Of a stretch of DNA of 64,000 nucleotides, positions 50,990-64,000 are shown in pieces (position 1 is the first letter of the stretch; each line of letters opens with the position of its first letter). The translations under genes and the position numbers were made by a program. Source of the stretch: Octopus vulgaris (taxonomy: Eukaryota). Below the pieces are notes generated by a model that saw only the letters and a list, made by a program, of their open reading frames with translations, was not told the origin of the DNA and did not search any database. The stretch is taken from positions 84,692,001 to 84,756,000 of the forward strand of contig OX597821.1 of the NCBI GenBank assembly GCA_951406725.2, given 5' to 3'.

Positions 50990-51805
50990 ATAATAATAAT
51001 GAAATTTTTTTATACAGTGCTCAGGTGCACCACAACTTGTCAGAAAGTGCATATAAAGTACATGCAGTAATGTAAAAATGTCTGGAAAGCGAACAATGTA
51101 TGAGTCAGATACATGCTTGTGTGTGTATGGAGGGGAGAAAATCAGGTGTAGTATTGGCGAATCTTAGAAAGCATGGAAGTTTTGAAGGATGCAGTGCTCT
51201 GACAACTAACAACTGATGCCAGCAGTTTGTTCCAGGCTTCAGCAACTCTCAGCATGAAAAAATGTTTCCTGAAGTCATGGGAGCTGTGCTGTTTTCTAAC
51301 TTTGTAAATATGTCCATGGGTGTTAGATGGGTGGAGTTTGAAAAAATGCTCAGAGTTATTGTTTGTAAGATGGTTAATAATTTTATGGGTGTCTGTCAAG
51401 TCAGCTGCCAGACGTTGGAGTTTCAATGTGTCCATGCCCAGGGAAGTAAGGCGTTCAGGATATGGCAAATGCCTGATGGAGGGTATTCTTTTGGTTGCAC
51501 GTCACTGACCAGCTTCCAGACGATTGATATCCTGGGCAAGATAGGGGTTCCAGACCGGTGATGCAAATTCCAGGTGAGGTCTTGCCATAGCTATATAAAG
51601 CTGCAGATAGATAGCCGGAGAGCGGCTCACAAAGGATTTGGTGAATGATGCCAAGACACCCTCAGCCTTCTTGACAATTTTAGCGATGTGTTTTGTCCAA
51701 CGCAAATCACTGTCGACAATAACACCCAGGTCACGTTCACATGAAGACTTTTTGAGACTAGTGTTGTGGAGGGAGCAGGTGGACGCTGGGTTTCTCCTCC
51801 CAAAA
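50990..51805 (-). mobile_element. CR1-like LINE 3' fragment
   Basis: RPHLEFASPVWNPY, YPERLTSLGMDTL, FFMLRVAEAWNKL; (TTA)n tail. Confidence 0.85.
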
Positions 51806-52356
51806 TTATACTACTGTCATGTGAAAACCATTACTGTCACATGTTGGAAGTAACTAATAAAAACATTTGAATGAATTGGGTGGATGGTGGAATTGGTAGA
51901 AATGTCAGCTGAAATATCACGTTAGAGGACAGCAAATTTGAACATAGCTTTTGTGAGTTAAATTTCATGTTTTGCTATTGACTTACTTTTAAGGTGCAAG
52001 CATTTCTGTGTACTTGTGAATTATGTTTTGCAACTCTGCTGTTTCAAGTTTGGTCCCACGGTGTGGCACTTTGGTATGCATCTTCTGCTAATGTCTCAGG
52101 TCAACCAATGCCTTGTGAGTGGAATTTGGTTAATGGAAACTGAACAGAAGTGCCATTTTATGATACCCACCTCCCATCAACACACACTACACTTTGATTT
52201 TTGCCAAACACCTGAGGAGCAGCCTTTTCACTAAAATCAATAAAATAAGTACCAGTTGAGATGCAATCAATTATCTTCCTCCCCAAAATTTTGTTTATAT
52301 ATATATATACACAACAGAACATTAATGTAAGTACAAACACACACACACGAACACAT

Positions 52357-53198
52357 ACTCTTTTACTTGTTTCAGTCATTTGACTGCGGCCATGCTGGAG
52401 CACCGCCTTTAGTCGAGCAAATCGACCCCAGGTCTTATTCTTTGTAAGCCCAGTACTTATTCTATCGGTCTCTTTTGCTGAACCGCTAAGTGACGGGGAC
52501 GTAAACACACCAGCATCAGTTGTCAAGCAATGCTAGGTGGACAAACACAGACACACAAACATATACACACACACACATATATATATACATATGTACGATG
52601 GGCTTCTTTCAGTTTCTGTCTACCAAATCCACTCACAAGGCATTGGTCGGCCCGGGCCTATAGCTGAAGACACTTGCCCAAGGTGCCACGCAGTGGGACT
52701 GAACCCGGAACCATGTGGTTGGTTAGCAAGCTACTTACCACACAGCCACTCCTGTCCTGCGCCTATATATACATACATTAGCACACAGGTTTATCATTGT
52801 TTTTGTTTACTTTTATACCCTGTAATTCAAGTTTGCCAAATATGTATTGATAAAATGCATAACAGACTTAAGAAAATCCCTGCTGGAGTCGATATGGTCA
52901 ACTAAACCCATAAGGGATATTTTTCAGTTGTGCCACCATCCAGCAACAGAAACCAGCAGAAAGAATGAGTATCTAACATAAATTACCCATTTTGAAAAAA
53001 ATTCTATTTTATTTTTAAAAAAAATTTTTTATAGGTGCAGGAGTGGCTGTGTGGTAAGTAGCTTGCTTACCAACCACATGGTTCTGGGGGTTCAGTCCCA
53101 CTGCGTGGCACCTTGGGCAAGTGTCTTCTACTATAGCCTTGGGCCAACCAAAGCCTTGTGGATGGATTTGTTTGACGGAAACTGAAAAGAAGCCCGTC

Positions 53199-53241
<43 letters not shown>

Positions 53242-53996
53242 CATATGTCTGTGTGTCTGTGTTTGACCCCCCCCCCCAATATCGCTTGACAACCGATGCT
53301 GGTGTGTGTACGTCCCCGTAACTTAGCGGTTTGGCAAAAGAAACCGATAGAATAAGTACTAGGCTTACAAAGAATAAGTCCCGGGGTCGATTTTCTCGAC
53401 TAAAGGCGGTGCTCCAGCATGGCCGCAGTCAAATGACTGAAACAAGTAAAAGAGTAGGATTATTTTCTGATCACAATTTTATTTTATCTGTGAACTGGCA
53501 GAATGGTTAGCATGCTAAACAAAATGCTAAGCAGCATTTTATCTAACTTTATGTTCTGTGTTCAAATCCTGCCAAAGACAGTTTTGCCTTTCATCCATTC
53601 GGAGTCGATAAAATAAGAACCGGTTGAGGACTGGGGTCGATGCAATTGACTTTCCCCCTATCCCAAATTTCAAGGCTTCGTGCCAATAACAGATGAGATT
53701 ATTTCTTCTGCTAGTGTAATAGTCACAGTCTTCGATGTTTAGCCCTTGGTCTGTCTTGATTGAGTATGACGAAAGACATTCTAACTGTAATCATCGCACC
53801 ACTTTTTAAATAAATGAAAGATATAGTGAAAGATTACACAGGAGTGGCTGTGTGGTAAGTAGCTTTCTAACCAACCACATGGTTCCGGGTTCAGTCCCAC
53901 TGCGTGGCATCTTGGGCAAGTATCTTCTGCTATAGCCCCGGGCCGACCAAAGCCTTGTGAGTGGATTTGGTAGACGGAAACTGAAAGAAGCCTGTC

Positions 53997-54046
<50 letters not shown>

Positions 54047-54266
54047 GCGTGTGTGTGTTTGTGTGAGTGTGTTTGTTCCCCTAGCATTGCTTGACAACCG
54101 ATGCTGGTGTGTTTATGTCCCCGTTACTTAGCGGTTCGGCAAAAGAGACCGATAGAATAAGTACTGGGCTTACAAAAGAATAAGTCCCGGGATCGAGTTG
54201 CTCGATTAAAGGCGGTGCTCCAGCATGGCCGCAGTCAAATGACTGAAACAAGTAAAAGAGTAAAAG
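52357..54266. mobile_element. Three family B SINEs (52357-52755 -, 53034-53454 +, 53838-54266 +)
   Basis: Family consensus matches. Confidence 0.9.
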
Positions 54267-55275
54267 ATTACATAAACTAGTTTAGTTACTTCAGAACGAC
54301 CTGGACCACTTACGGAAAGAAACGTGGAAATAAATATTTGCGAAAAAGATTTTGATCTGATTGAATATTTTCTATTCAGAAAAAAAACCCTTTAAAATAA
54401 ATGTCATAATATATTTAACTTATTAGCTTCTTTCTAGCAATTAACTCATTAACAAGAATTCTTGTGTGATATTCACGCTTACAAGTAAAAAAATAAATAA
54501 ATCAAGGGACGTAAATCTAACTAATGTAACTTTCAGTTACTAAGTAAAGTTGTTTCCCTTCCTTTAAATCCCGCGCGGATCTTCCCTCATTACTGTAAAT
54601 TATTTGACGTTAAATTTTTTAGTATCATTTATAAGTTCCGTGAAAAAAAAAAAAAAAAAGAGAAAGTTCAAGTGTATTAGTATCTATTTTATCGACCCCG
54701 AATAGATAATAGGCAAAACTGACCTCGATGGAAAACAACAAGAATAATATTAGCTTCAAATTTTGACACAAGGCCAGCAATTTCATGTGAAGGGGTAAAT
54801 CAATTACATCGATTCCAACACTCAACTGGTATTTATTTGATGATGACGATGATGATGATGAGGAGGAGGATGATGATAATATTTTCTTTATTAATCAATT
54901 AAGGTTCATAAAAAAATATATAAAATAAACGTTAGGTCAATACAATGTGGGGTTACATAAAAGGCATGTAAAAAAAAGTACATAAAAAACAGTAACAAAA
55001 TAAAATTATAACAATAAATAAATTCCTCCACAGAGGGAAACTTCCTGGGGCTGCTCATGGAGAGGACGCAAAAGCACGTTGTCCAAACAACTAAGGTAAG
55101 TGCTCTCTCCACATCATTCGCACTCAACCTAAAGATATGTACAAAATAAAGGAAACACTTTGTTCAGTAGAAGCTTTATTTATTATTCAACACGAAGTTG
55201 GTTCATCTTCGGCATCAGTCAAAACCTTACAATGTTGAGGAATTGGCTCGTACATCTTGTAAACCAGGGGTTCTG

Positions 55276-55317
<42 letters not shown>

Positions 55318-55320
<3 letters not shown>

Positions 55321-55477
55321 GGAGTAAACACATAAATGTGAAACAAGGTGGAAAAAGAGTACTGAAATACCAGTGGTAGAGTAATATGCTTTATTCAAAG
55401 CAGCAGAAAATTCAACAAAACCTAACGGGAAATTCAGAGTAACAGGTTTTGTTGAATTTTCTGCTGCTTTGAATAAA

Positions 55478-55478
<1 letters not shown>
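55318..55478. repeat. Insert in (TA)n ending in a perfect 35-bp-arm inverted repeat
   Basis: 55389-55423 is the reverse complement of 55444-55478; TA arrays on both sides. Confidence 0.85.
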
Positions 55479-55537
<59 letters not shown>

Positions 55538-55857
55538 AACCCTTTGATAACTATTTTATACTAGTGGACCCCTACAGCCATTCGATGTCCAAAACCAGTT
55601 TTATAAATACTTCTTTTAAAATTCCTTTTTTGTTTTTCACACCTTGACTTCTTTAGGTTGAACTATGTAAAATGTTAGAGAAAGAAACTGAGCTGTTTCT
55701 TGCAATACATACTAATATAATAGATCTAAAGCAAAGCTTTTTCAGTGGCCCTTAAAAATACTTTTGTGGGTCCCTAATTTACTATTTTGCTTTAGCTCTT
55801 TCAGTAACGAATGGTAGAGGGAAGCGGATCCCCACTTGCAGTTCCAAAATGCACCAT

Positions 55858-56172
55858 TGTTTTGTTGTTGTTTGTTCCTTCTCGAGCCACGCCAGGCTCA
55901 TAAGGGCCGGTTTCTCGGTTTCCTTGGCGTATAGGTTCCCCACCTGGACGGGACGCCGGTCCGTCGCAGGTGAGCTGCAAGATGCAGGAGGTAAAGAGTG
56001 AGAGAAAGTTGTGGCGAAAGAGTTAGCAGAAGTTCACCATTACCTTCTGCCGGAGCCGCGTGGAGCTTAGGTGTTTCGCTCATAAACACACAGATCGCTC
56101 TGTCTGAGATTCGAACTCGCGATCCCTCGACCGCGAGTCCACTGCTCTAACCACTAGGCCATGTGCCTCCAC
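55858..56172 (-). mobile_element. Full-length family A SINE
   Basis: TSD AAAATGCACCAT at 55846-55857 and 56173-56184. Confidence 0.9.
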
Positions 56173-56200
56173 AAAATGCACCATAACTGTTCGTTTATAT

Positions 56201-56518
56201 CAGGGGTTCCCAACCTTATTTTGCTTGTGGACACCCTGAGAGCTATCTTATCATTTGTGGACTCCATATATGCACATGTAAATTTTTGAAATAAAATATT
56301 TGTTTGTAGGTTAGTAATAACTTACAATGAAACAATTTCGTTATAGTCATAACATAAATTCGAAACACAAATCTTGAAAATTTCTATAAATACAGGTACC
56401 TCTCCTAATAAACAAAATTTATGCATGGATCCACAAATTTACAATTTTTTACTCGTGGACCTTCTTAAAGCTTCTGTGGACCCCTGGGTTCCATGTGGAC
56501 CACAGTTAGGAACTCCTG
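56201..56518. mobile_element. hAT-type MITE
   Basis: TIRs CAGGGGTTCCCAAC / GTTAGGAACTCCTG; 8-bp TSD GTTTATAT/GTTTATAC; a related left end at 55264. Confidence 0.8.
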
Positions 56519-57078
56519 GTTTATACTGAGATCCGGTGATTGTAGGGGCCAGCCTGTTGAGGCAGATTTTCAGTGGCTGGAAGCCCTTCCTGTTGCCAAC
56601 CACCATCTGTTTCCAAGTGAAGTAATATTTCCCCATCACCAGATATCTTTTCTCAAAATTTTGGAAACAAAGGGCACCACTCACACGACGGTGACACTCG
56701 TTTACAACTCTCATAAAATGTGACGGCAAGGCGACAGTAACACGTAAATACATGCCCAAGGTACCTAAACCCGGAACCGTGAGTATGTGTGTGCGTATGT
56801 GTGTGTGAGTGCGTGCGTATGTATCTGTGTGTGTGTGTACTCGCGCGTGGGCGCGTGTGTATACACATTGACATAATTACAAGTTATCATTTTGGTCACA
56901 CAACTTTAGAATCTAATAATTTTTAACTACGAGGAAATAAATCCAAGGCAGTAAAATGGTAAATAAAACAAATTTCATGCAATTCTCCGAAGTGTATGTA
57001 TCGTCTGAAAACTCTGGCTAAATAACATGATGATGGTCTACACGTTTTTTTAATATATATATATATATGTACACACAC

Positions 57079-57235
<157 letters not shown>

Positions 57236-57547
57236 ATGACTGTGTGTTTTTGTGAACTAAGTCTTCCGTTGGTTTCTTGTTAAGAAAAGTAGGAAAATAT
57301 CCGAGTGTCTTAACAAATTTTCAAGCCGATCACATGGAGAAAGGTTTTCGCCTCCATTTGGGAAAACACACCCACTTTTAGTTCACGGGGATTCTCGTAA
57401 ATTCGCGTGAATAAAGTAATGAATCAAGGGACGTTACCCTTGAGTGGCATTTTGGGGATGTTTGTCTCCCTTGGATTTCTCTTTTGGGAATTTTTTTCGT
57501 GTGGTGAATTTGCATTATTTTGTTTTTGTTCTGGCCATGGTGTTCTT

Positions 57548-58015
57548 ATACATGGGTTGGACAAAACACCTTAAAATTTCAAACAAATTTATCACATGGG
57601 TAGGACCGCCTTTGGCAGTAATTACAGCTTGAATTCTACGAGATATGGACTCGTACAAAGTTTGAATTGTCTCCAAAGGAATTTTTGTCCATTCTTCAGC
57701 CAAAACGGTCTCCAGTTGTTGTAGAGATGATGGTGGAGGATAAAATACCCCATAAATGTTCAACAATATTGAGATCTGGGGACTGTGGTGGCCAGATAAG
57801 ATGTTCAAATTCACTAGAATGTTCCTTGTGCCTTTCAGTAACAACTTTAGCTGTGTGAATTGGTGCATTATCATCCTGAAAGATTGCATTTCCCCCCCGG
57901 AAACAGTTCCGCAACCATAGGATGAATTTGATCAGATAAAATGCTTAAATAGTCTTGACTATTTAATCTTCCATGAATGAAAACCATTGGACCGGCGGAT
58001 TTCTAAGATATAGCC
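57548..58015 (-). mobile_element. Tc1-like transposase C-terminal fragment
   Basis: AIFQDDNAPIHTAK...WPPQSPDLNIVEHLW...SISRRIQAVITAKGGPT. Confidence 0.85.
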
Positions 58016-58145
58016 CCTTAAGACACTAGCAAATTTTCCCTACTTTTTCTTAACATTAAACCAATGGTAGCCTTAATTCACGAATAAAGAAATTATATCT
58101 ACCAATGAGGTGATGAGCACTCGTTTCCATCGTTCGGCATTTACG

Positions 58146-58435
<290 letters not shown>

Positions 58436-58471
58436 TGATCCATTCTTGTTGCTTATTTTTTTTTATATATA

Positions 58472-58502
<31 letters not shown>

Positions 58503-58657
58503 CTTTGAGTTTTGAGTTCAAAATCCATCGGGGTCAACTTTGTTTTTCATCGTTTTGGGGTCGATAAAATAAGTACCATTTGAGCACTACGGTCATTGTA
58601 ATCAACTTACCTCCTCCTCTGAAGACACAAAGACACAAACACATCCACACACACACA

Positions 58658-58732
<75 letters not shown>

Positions 58733-59190
58733 ACACTGACGACGATGACGAGTAAAGCAGAACTCAGGCCATAGCTGCTTCTCGTGCCCTTGGTCAGCTA
58801 GACGGAGTATGTGACCAGCCAGGCGGAACAGGTTCTGTTACAATCTCTTGCAAAGACCGTGACCTTGCTCTTCTCAGAATTTCCTCATTTGTGACACGGT
58901 CCAGACAGTCGACCTTAGCATCTTTCTGAAGTACTTTCGATTAAACACATTAGTTTCCCATCCGCCTTCACCGTGTTCTTTCAAGTCTCATATTCACAGA
59001 TTACAGATTGTAGAAACGGCGAGTGAAGTTCTACTGAGGAGATTTCGCATCAAAGCTAATGAATATTCGTTTTCATATTCACGTGAGCTGGTTTTCAAAT
59101 GACAAACATTGCTTTCTGCTTCGGGGAAAATAGAAAGCATTTTTCAGTTTTTTAAATAAATGAATCCGAGGACATTGTTTTCTGCATTCT

Positions 59191-59586
59191 TATTTCTTTA
59201 TTGCCCACAAGGGGCTAAACATAGAGGGGGACAGACAAAGGGATTACATCGACCCCAGTGCGTAACTGGTACTTATTTAATCGACCCCGAAAGGATGAAA
59301 GGCAAAGTCGACCTCGGCGGAATTTGAACTCAGAACGTAGCGGCAGACGAAATACCTATTTCTTTACTACCCACAAGGGGCTAAACACAGAGAGGACAAA
59401 CAAGGACAGACAAACGGATTAAGTCGATTATATCGACCCCAGTGCGTAACTGGTTCTTATTTAATCGACCCCGAAAGGATGAAAGGCAAAGTCGACCTCG
59501 GCGGGATTTGAACTCAGAACGTCGCGGCAGACGAAATACTGCTAAGCATTTTGCCCGGCGTGCTAACCACTCTGCCAGCTCACCGC
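59191..59586 (-). mobile_element. Dimeric family C SINE within one TSD
   Basis: TSD CATTGTTTTCTGCATTCT at 59173-59190 and 59587-59604. Confidence 0.85.
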
Positions 59587-59675
59587 CATTGTTTTCTGCA
59601 TTCTGCTAATCATTTCATGACGAGAATATAAATTGTATTGAATAAGGAACGCCACGGTAAACAAAGTACCCTCAT

Positions 59676-60854
59676 AGGTGTAGGAGTGGCTGTGTGGTAA
59701 GTAGCTTGCTTACCAACCACATGGTTCCGGGTTCAATCCCACTGCATGGCACCTTGGGCAAGTGTCTTCTGCTATAGCCTCGGGCCGACCAAAGCTTTGT
59801 GAGTGGATTTGGCAGACGGAAACTGAAAGAAGCTCATCGTATATATAATATGTGTGTGTTTGTGTGTCTGTGTCTGTCCGCCCCCACTATCGTATGACAA
59901 CCGATGTTGGTGTGTTTACGTTCCCGTGACCATGCGGTTCGGCAAAATAGACTGATAGGATAAGTACTAGGCTTCCAAAGAATAAGTCCTGGGGTCGATT
60001 TGTTCGACTAAAGACGGTACTCCAGCCTAGCCGCAGTCAAATGACTGAAACCAATAAAAGAATAAAGGAATAAAAGAATAAAAGTATACAGGCGCAGGAG
60101 TGGCTGTGTGGTAAGTAGCTTGCTAACCAACCACATGGTTCCGGGTTCAGTCCCACTGCGTGGCATCTTGGGCAAGTGTCTTCTGCTATAGCTCCGGGCC
60201 GACCAATGCCTTGTGAGTGGATTTGGTAGACGGAAACTGAAAGAAGCCTGTCGTATATATGTATATATATATATGTATGTGTGTGTTTGTGTGTCTGTGT
60301 TTGTCCCCCTAGCATTGCTTGACAACCGATGCTGGTGTGTTTGCGTCCCCGTCACTTAGCGGTTCGGCAAAAGACACCGATAGAATAAGTACTGGGCTTA
60401 CAAAGAATAAGTCCCGGGGTCGATTTGCTCGACTGAAGGCGGTGCTCCAGCATGGCCGCAGTCAAATGACTGAAACAAGTAAAAGAGTAAAAGAGTAAAG
60501 AGTATTGCAAAACAAAAGTCTGAAAATTTATTAAAAACACGAGCAACTGGAGGATTAATATTTCAAATAATTTCTCTCGTCTTTCAGATGAGGCTCTTCA
60601 AATCTTTTGATTTTTTTTCTATCGTTTACCTTTACTTGTTTCTTTCAGTGGACTGCGGCCATGCTGGGGCACTGCCTTGGAGGGTTAGGTCGAACAAATC
60701 GATGATAGTACATTCGGTTTTTAGTTTTTGCTTTGTTGAAAGACTAATACTTATCCAGTGACTCTCTTTCGTCGAACTGCAAAGTTACATGGAGATAAGG
60801 AAAACTACACCGGTTATTAAGCGGAGGGAAGGGACTGACAAATAAAGACACAAA

Positions 60855-60889
<35 letters not shown>

Positions 60890-61030
60890 GGGGCTTCCAC
60901 ACGATTTCCGTCTGCCGAAATCCATTACAATTCATTAGTCGGCCGGGACTATAGAAGATACTTGCCCAAAAGTGCTGTGCAATGAGACTGAACCCGAAAC
61001 CACATGGTTTCAACGAAAAAGCCATGCATT
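59676..61030. mobile_element. Two tandem family B SINEs (59676-60084, 60090-60502, +) and an older inverted copy (~60630-61030)
   Basis: Family consensus matches. Confidence 0.85.
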
Positions 61031-62924
61031 GAACCGGTACACATTGTGAGTTTACTGTTGAGACGGTAAATCAAGGAAGTTCGTTTGTTTCACCGTCTAT
61101 GTTTGCGAAATCACATGGTTTCATTTATAGGGGTAAGCTGTTACTCATGTTTTAATTTAGCCCTATGTTCATGTTGATCTAGGGGCCATATGCTAAATGT
61201 TGTCTCAGTCGTCGTCATTCTGATTTTTTTCAGATATATCCAGAATTACATTATCCTATTGTCCTTCCGTTTTAAGACGACAGGGCAGTGTTTCTTTCGA
61301 GAAAGGTTTGGATATAGTAGCGTACAGTGGACGAAGTCACAAAGAAGCTTGTTTTAGGTGCAAGATAATGAATATAGATAAAAAAAATAAAATAGAATAG
61401 AAATAACACACCCTTCTTGTAATAGTTGCCTTGCAGCGAGCACCGACAGTCCTCGATGCCACTGCCTGAAAGCTTTGAAAAGGAAGCGGACACATTGCGT
61501 GTAAAATAAAAGATGGTTTTAAACTTTAAAAACTTTTCCAGCATCATAATAAATAAGAAAGAATTATATGGAAGCAAATTCTGTTGTATCTTGTGATTAA
61601 CAAATACGTTGTGGGGATAAAAAGTTTCTTTTATATATATTAAGTGGGTAATACGCACAAAAAGAAGACAACCCGGGCGGGACAAGTTTTAACAATTATT
61701 TTTTAGTTTAACGCTTCAAAGAATGAAAAGAGTCTTGGCGTTTCGGACGCCCCATCAGAAGAAAGATAGAAAATAAAAGGGATCAGAGGAGAACGAAAGA
61801 CAAAAGGTGGTTGGAGAAAAAATGTGAAGGAGTTTAAGGCCAGGTGGAAATGCGGTTCTATGGAGGTGAATTAGTGAAGGAGACGGGTCGGGAGGCTGGT
61901 ATTTTTCGTTTTGAGAATCCCTGTGGTTGGCAGTGCTAGATTTGGATGAAGGGAGACCTTAGGTTATTCCACTAATGAGCGCCGTTCCAATATACCCCCC
62001 CCCAACCACTAGAATTATATATGGGCCTCCTAAAAAGCTTATGACGTATCAAAAGTATTACACTCCTTGGCAGGAGGCCTCCTAGATTTTGAGGCCCTGG
62101 ACTTCAGCATACAAAGCCAATACGTAATCCGGCAGGGGAAGAGTAATTTAATTTGAGGGAAGTTTGGTTGTTATTTCTAACATACTGAAGGGCCTTGTAG
62201 AAAGGCTCTTTACCTATAGGGTCCAGTACCTTACACTTGTGTCTGTAGCAACATACGTTGTGTCATCATTTGTCACTGGACAACAATTTATTTTCGCTTT
62301 CACTAGACAAAAAATCCAAACTTTTTTTCATTACTTACCGAACCCTTCGCTCAATATGAAGCATAAGTCATCGACGATTTTCTCCGCTGGCCTCGACTCT
62401 GGGTTGCCATTAAGGCCTTCATCTCTCAGATCTTATTGATTTTGAATTACCATCTATACTTCTGTAAAATATGGTTTTTGTTCTAGATAGGAGCGTGGCC
62501 CCTACGCAAACCCACCTTTACCCCTGGGGTGAGATGCTCCATATTAGTCTGGCCTTTGACCTTTGACCTGTTCAGCATCGGAGGCATTACCAAGAACTTG
62601 CGCTTTACTGGTGTAATTCTCAGGGTGACTGAAGCTCAGAAGCCACTACATGGCCACAAAGATTGGACTCCGTGGTGGAATATTTTTTTTTGGTAGAAAG
62701 TAGAAAATGAATTATTTTGGCGTTCATGCTTTTCTCAAACACAAATTGAAACTGTATCTCGGATTTAGTTTACCTTGAACTTCTATCTACTCCACAATTT
62801 CACCACAACTGATGATAAGATATCACTCGAATGGACCAATATTCACTCGCGTCATCAATATGACTTAAATATCGATTGTTTCCGGAAACCCGAGACTGAT
62901 ATTTATTAAGAGGTCGCCGCCGTC

Positions 62925-63067
62925 TCGTGGTCGTCGTCATTTCGTCGTCGTCATCGTCGATGTGTTGGTGGTGGTGGTGGCCGTCGTCATTGTCGCCATC
63001 GTGACCATCATCGTTATCGTCGTCGACGTCATCGTTATCATTGCTGCTTTGAACTCGGTCACTCCTG

Positions 63068-63105
<38 letters not shown>

Positions 63106-63113
63106 CGAGAGAG

Positions 63114-63198
<85 letters not shown>

Positions 63199-64000
63199 AA
63201 ATCTATGCAATTCAAGTCATGACCATCCCGTCTGTCATTATTTTTCCAGGATATTATATTTAGAATTACGTCATTATTCCCCTCTTTAAAACTGTTGGGA
63301 GTGAAAGTATTTCTAGTGATTATGACGGTGTTGTGGAAGAGAACCTTCCACAGTACAATTGTCATCTACAGGAAGGAATCGTAGAGAGATCTATTTTTGT
63401 TCGTATGTATGTCATTATCCACTTTTATTTCAAGGTTTCTCGCCAACAGCGAAAGAGCCAGTTTCTCACCGAGATCCTAGTCTCTTTCATTGGAATTTCA
63501 ACATCAACAACAGGGTATGTATGTATGTATGTATGTATGTATGTATGTATGTATGTATGTGTGTGTATATGTGCAGATTTATATGTTTTGTTTTATGTAT
63601 ATCTTCTCATGCATATCTAGGCATGCTCATATATACTCAAATGATAAACTTCGGGAAAGTTTTACAGATTTTTACAGTTCCAGTCATGGCTTCGATGTGT
63701 AGTCTTTGAATCAGCTTTCTCCATGTATGTATGTATGTATGCATGTATGTATGTATGTATGTATGTATGTATTTATGTATGTATGTATGTATGTATGTAT
63801 GTATGTATGTATTTATGTATGTATGTATGTATGTATGTATGTATGTATGTATGTATGTACGTATGTATGTATGTATGGATGGATGGATGGATGGATGGAT
63901 GGATGGATGGATGGATGTGTGTTTGTTTGTGTGTGTGTGTACATGTATACACACATGCACAAATACATGTACATACAAGTATATTTTAATTCTATATACA
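62925..64000. repeat. (CGT)n-like, (GA)n, (TATG)n and (GGAT)n microsatellites
   Basis: Direct reading. Confidence 0.85.

Overview
AT-rich, repeat-dense eukaryotic DNA, most likely a cephalopod (Octopus); this is inferred from the SINE families and microsatellite load, not proven. One intact protein-coding gene could be assembled by hand: a 7-exon PPP1R8/NIPP1 orthologue on the + strand. Its CDS exons are 17820-17863, 28613-28673, 34661-34814, 34934-35154, 37182-37326, 40050-40114 and 42664-43011 (1038 nt, 345 aa, all introns GT-AG and in phase). The rest is mobile DNA: Dong/R4-like LINEs in (TAA)n arrays, CR1-like and RTE-like fragments, Tc1/mariner relics, a non-autonomous Helitron, MITEs, at least four SINE families, Penelope-like termini with hammerhead motifs, and a U2 snRNA fragment. 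Nearly all ORFs in the supplied track are repeat artefacts. I found no convincing novel multi-gene system. The best leads are a non-canonical HVLF PP1-docking motif one A-to-I edit from RVLF, pol III RNA/SINE chimeras, hammerhead-bearing hairpin elements, multimeric SINEs inside single TSDs, and a recurrent TCCCTTG motif. Repeat boundaries are approximate.
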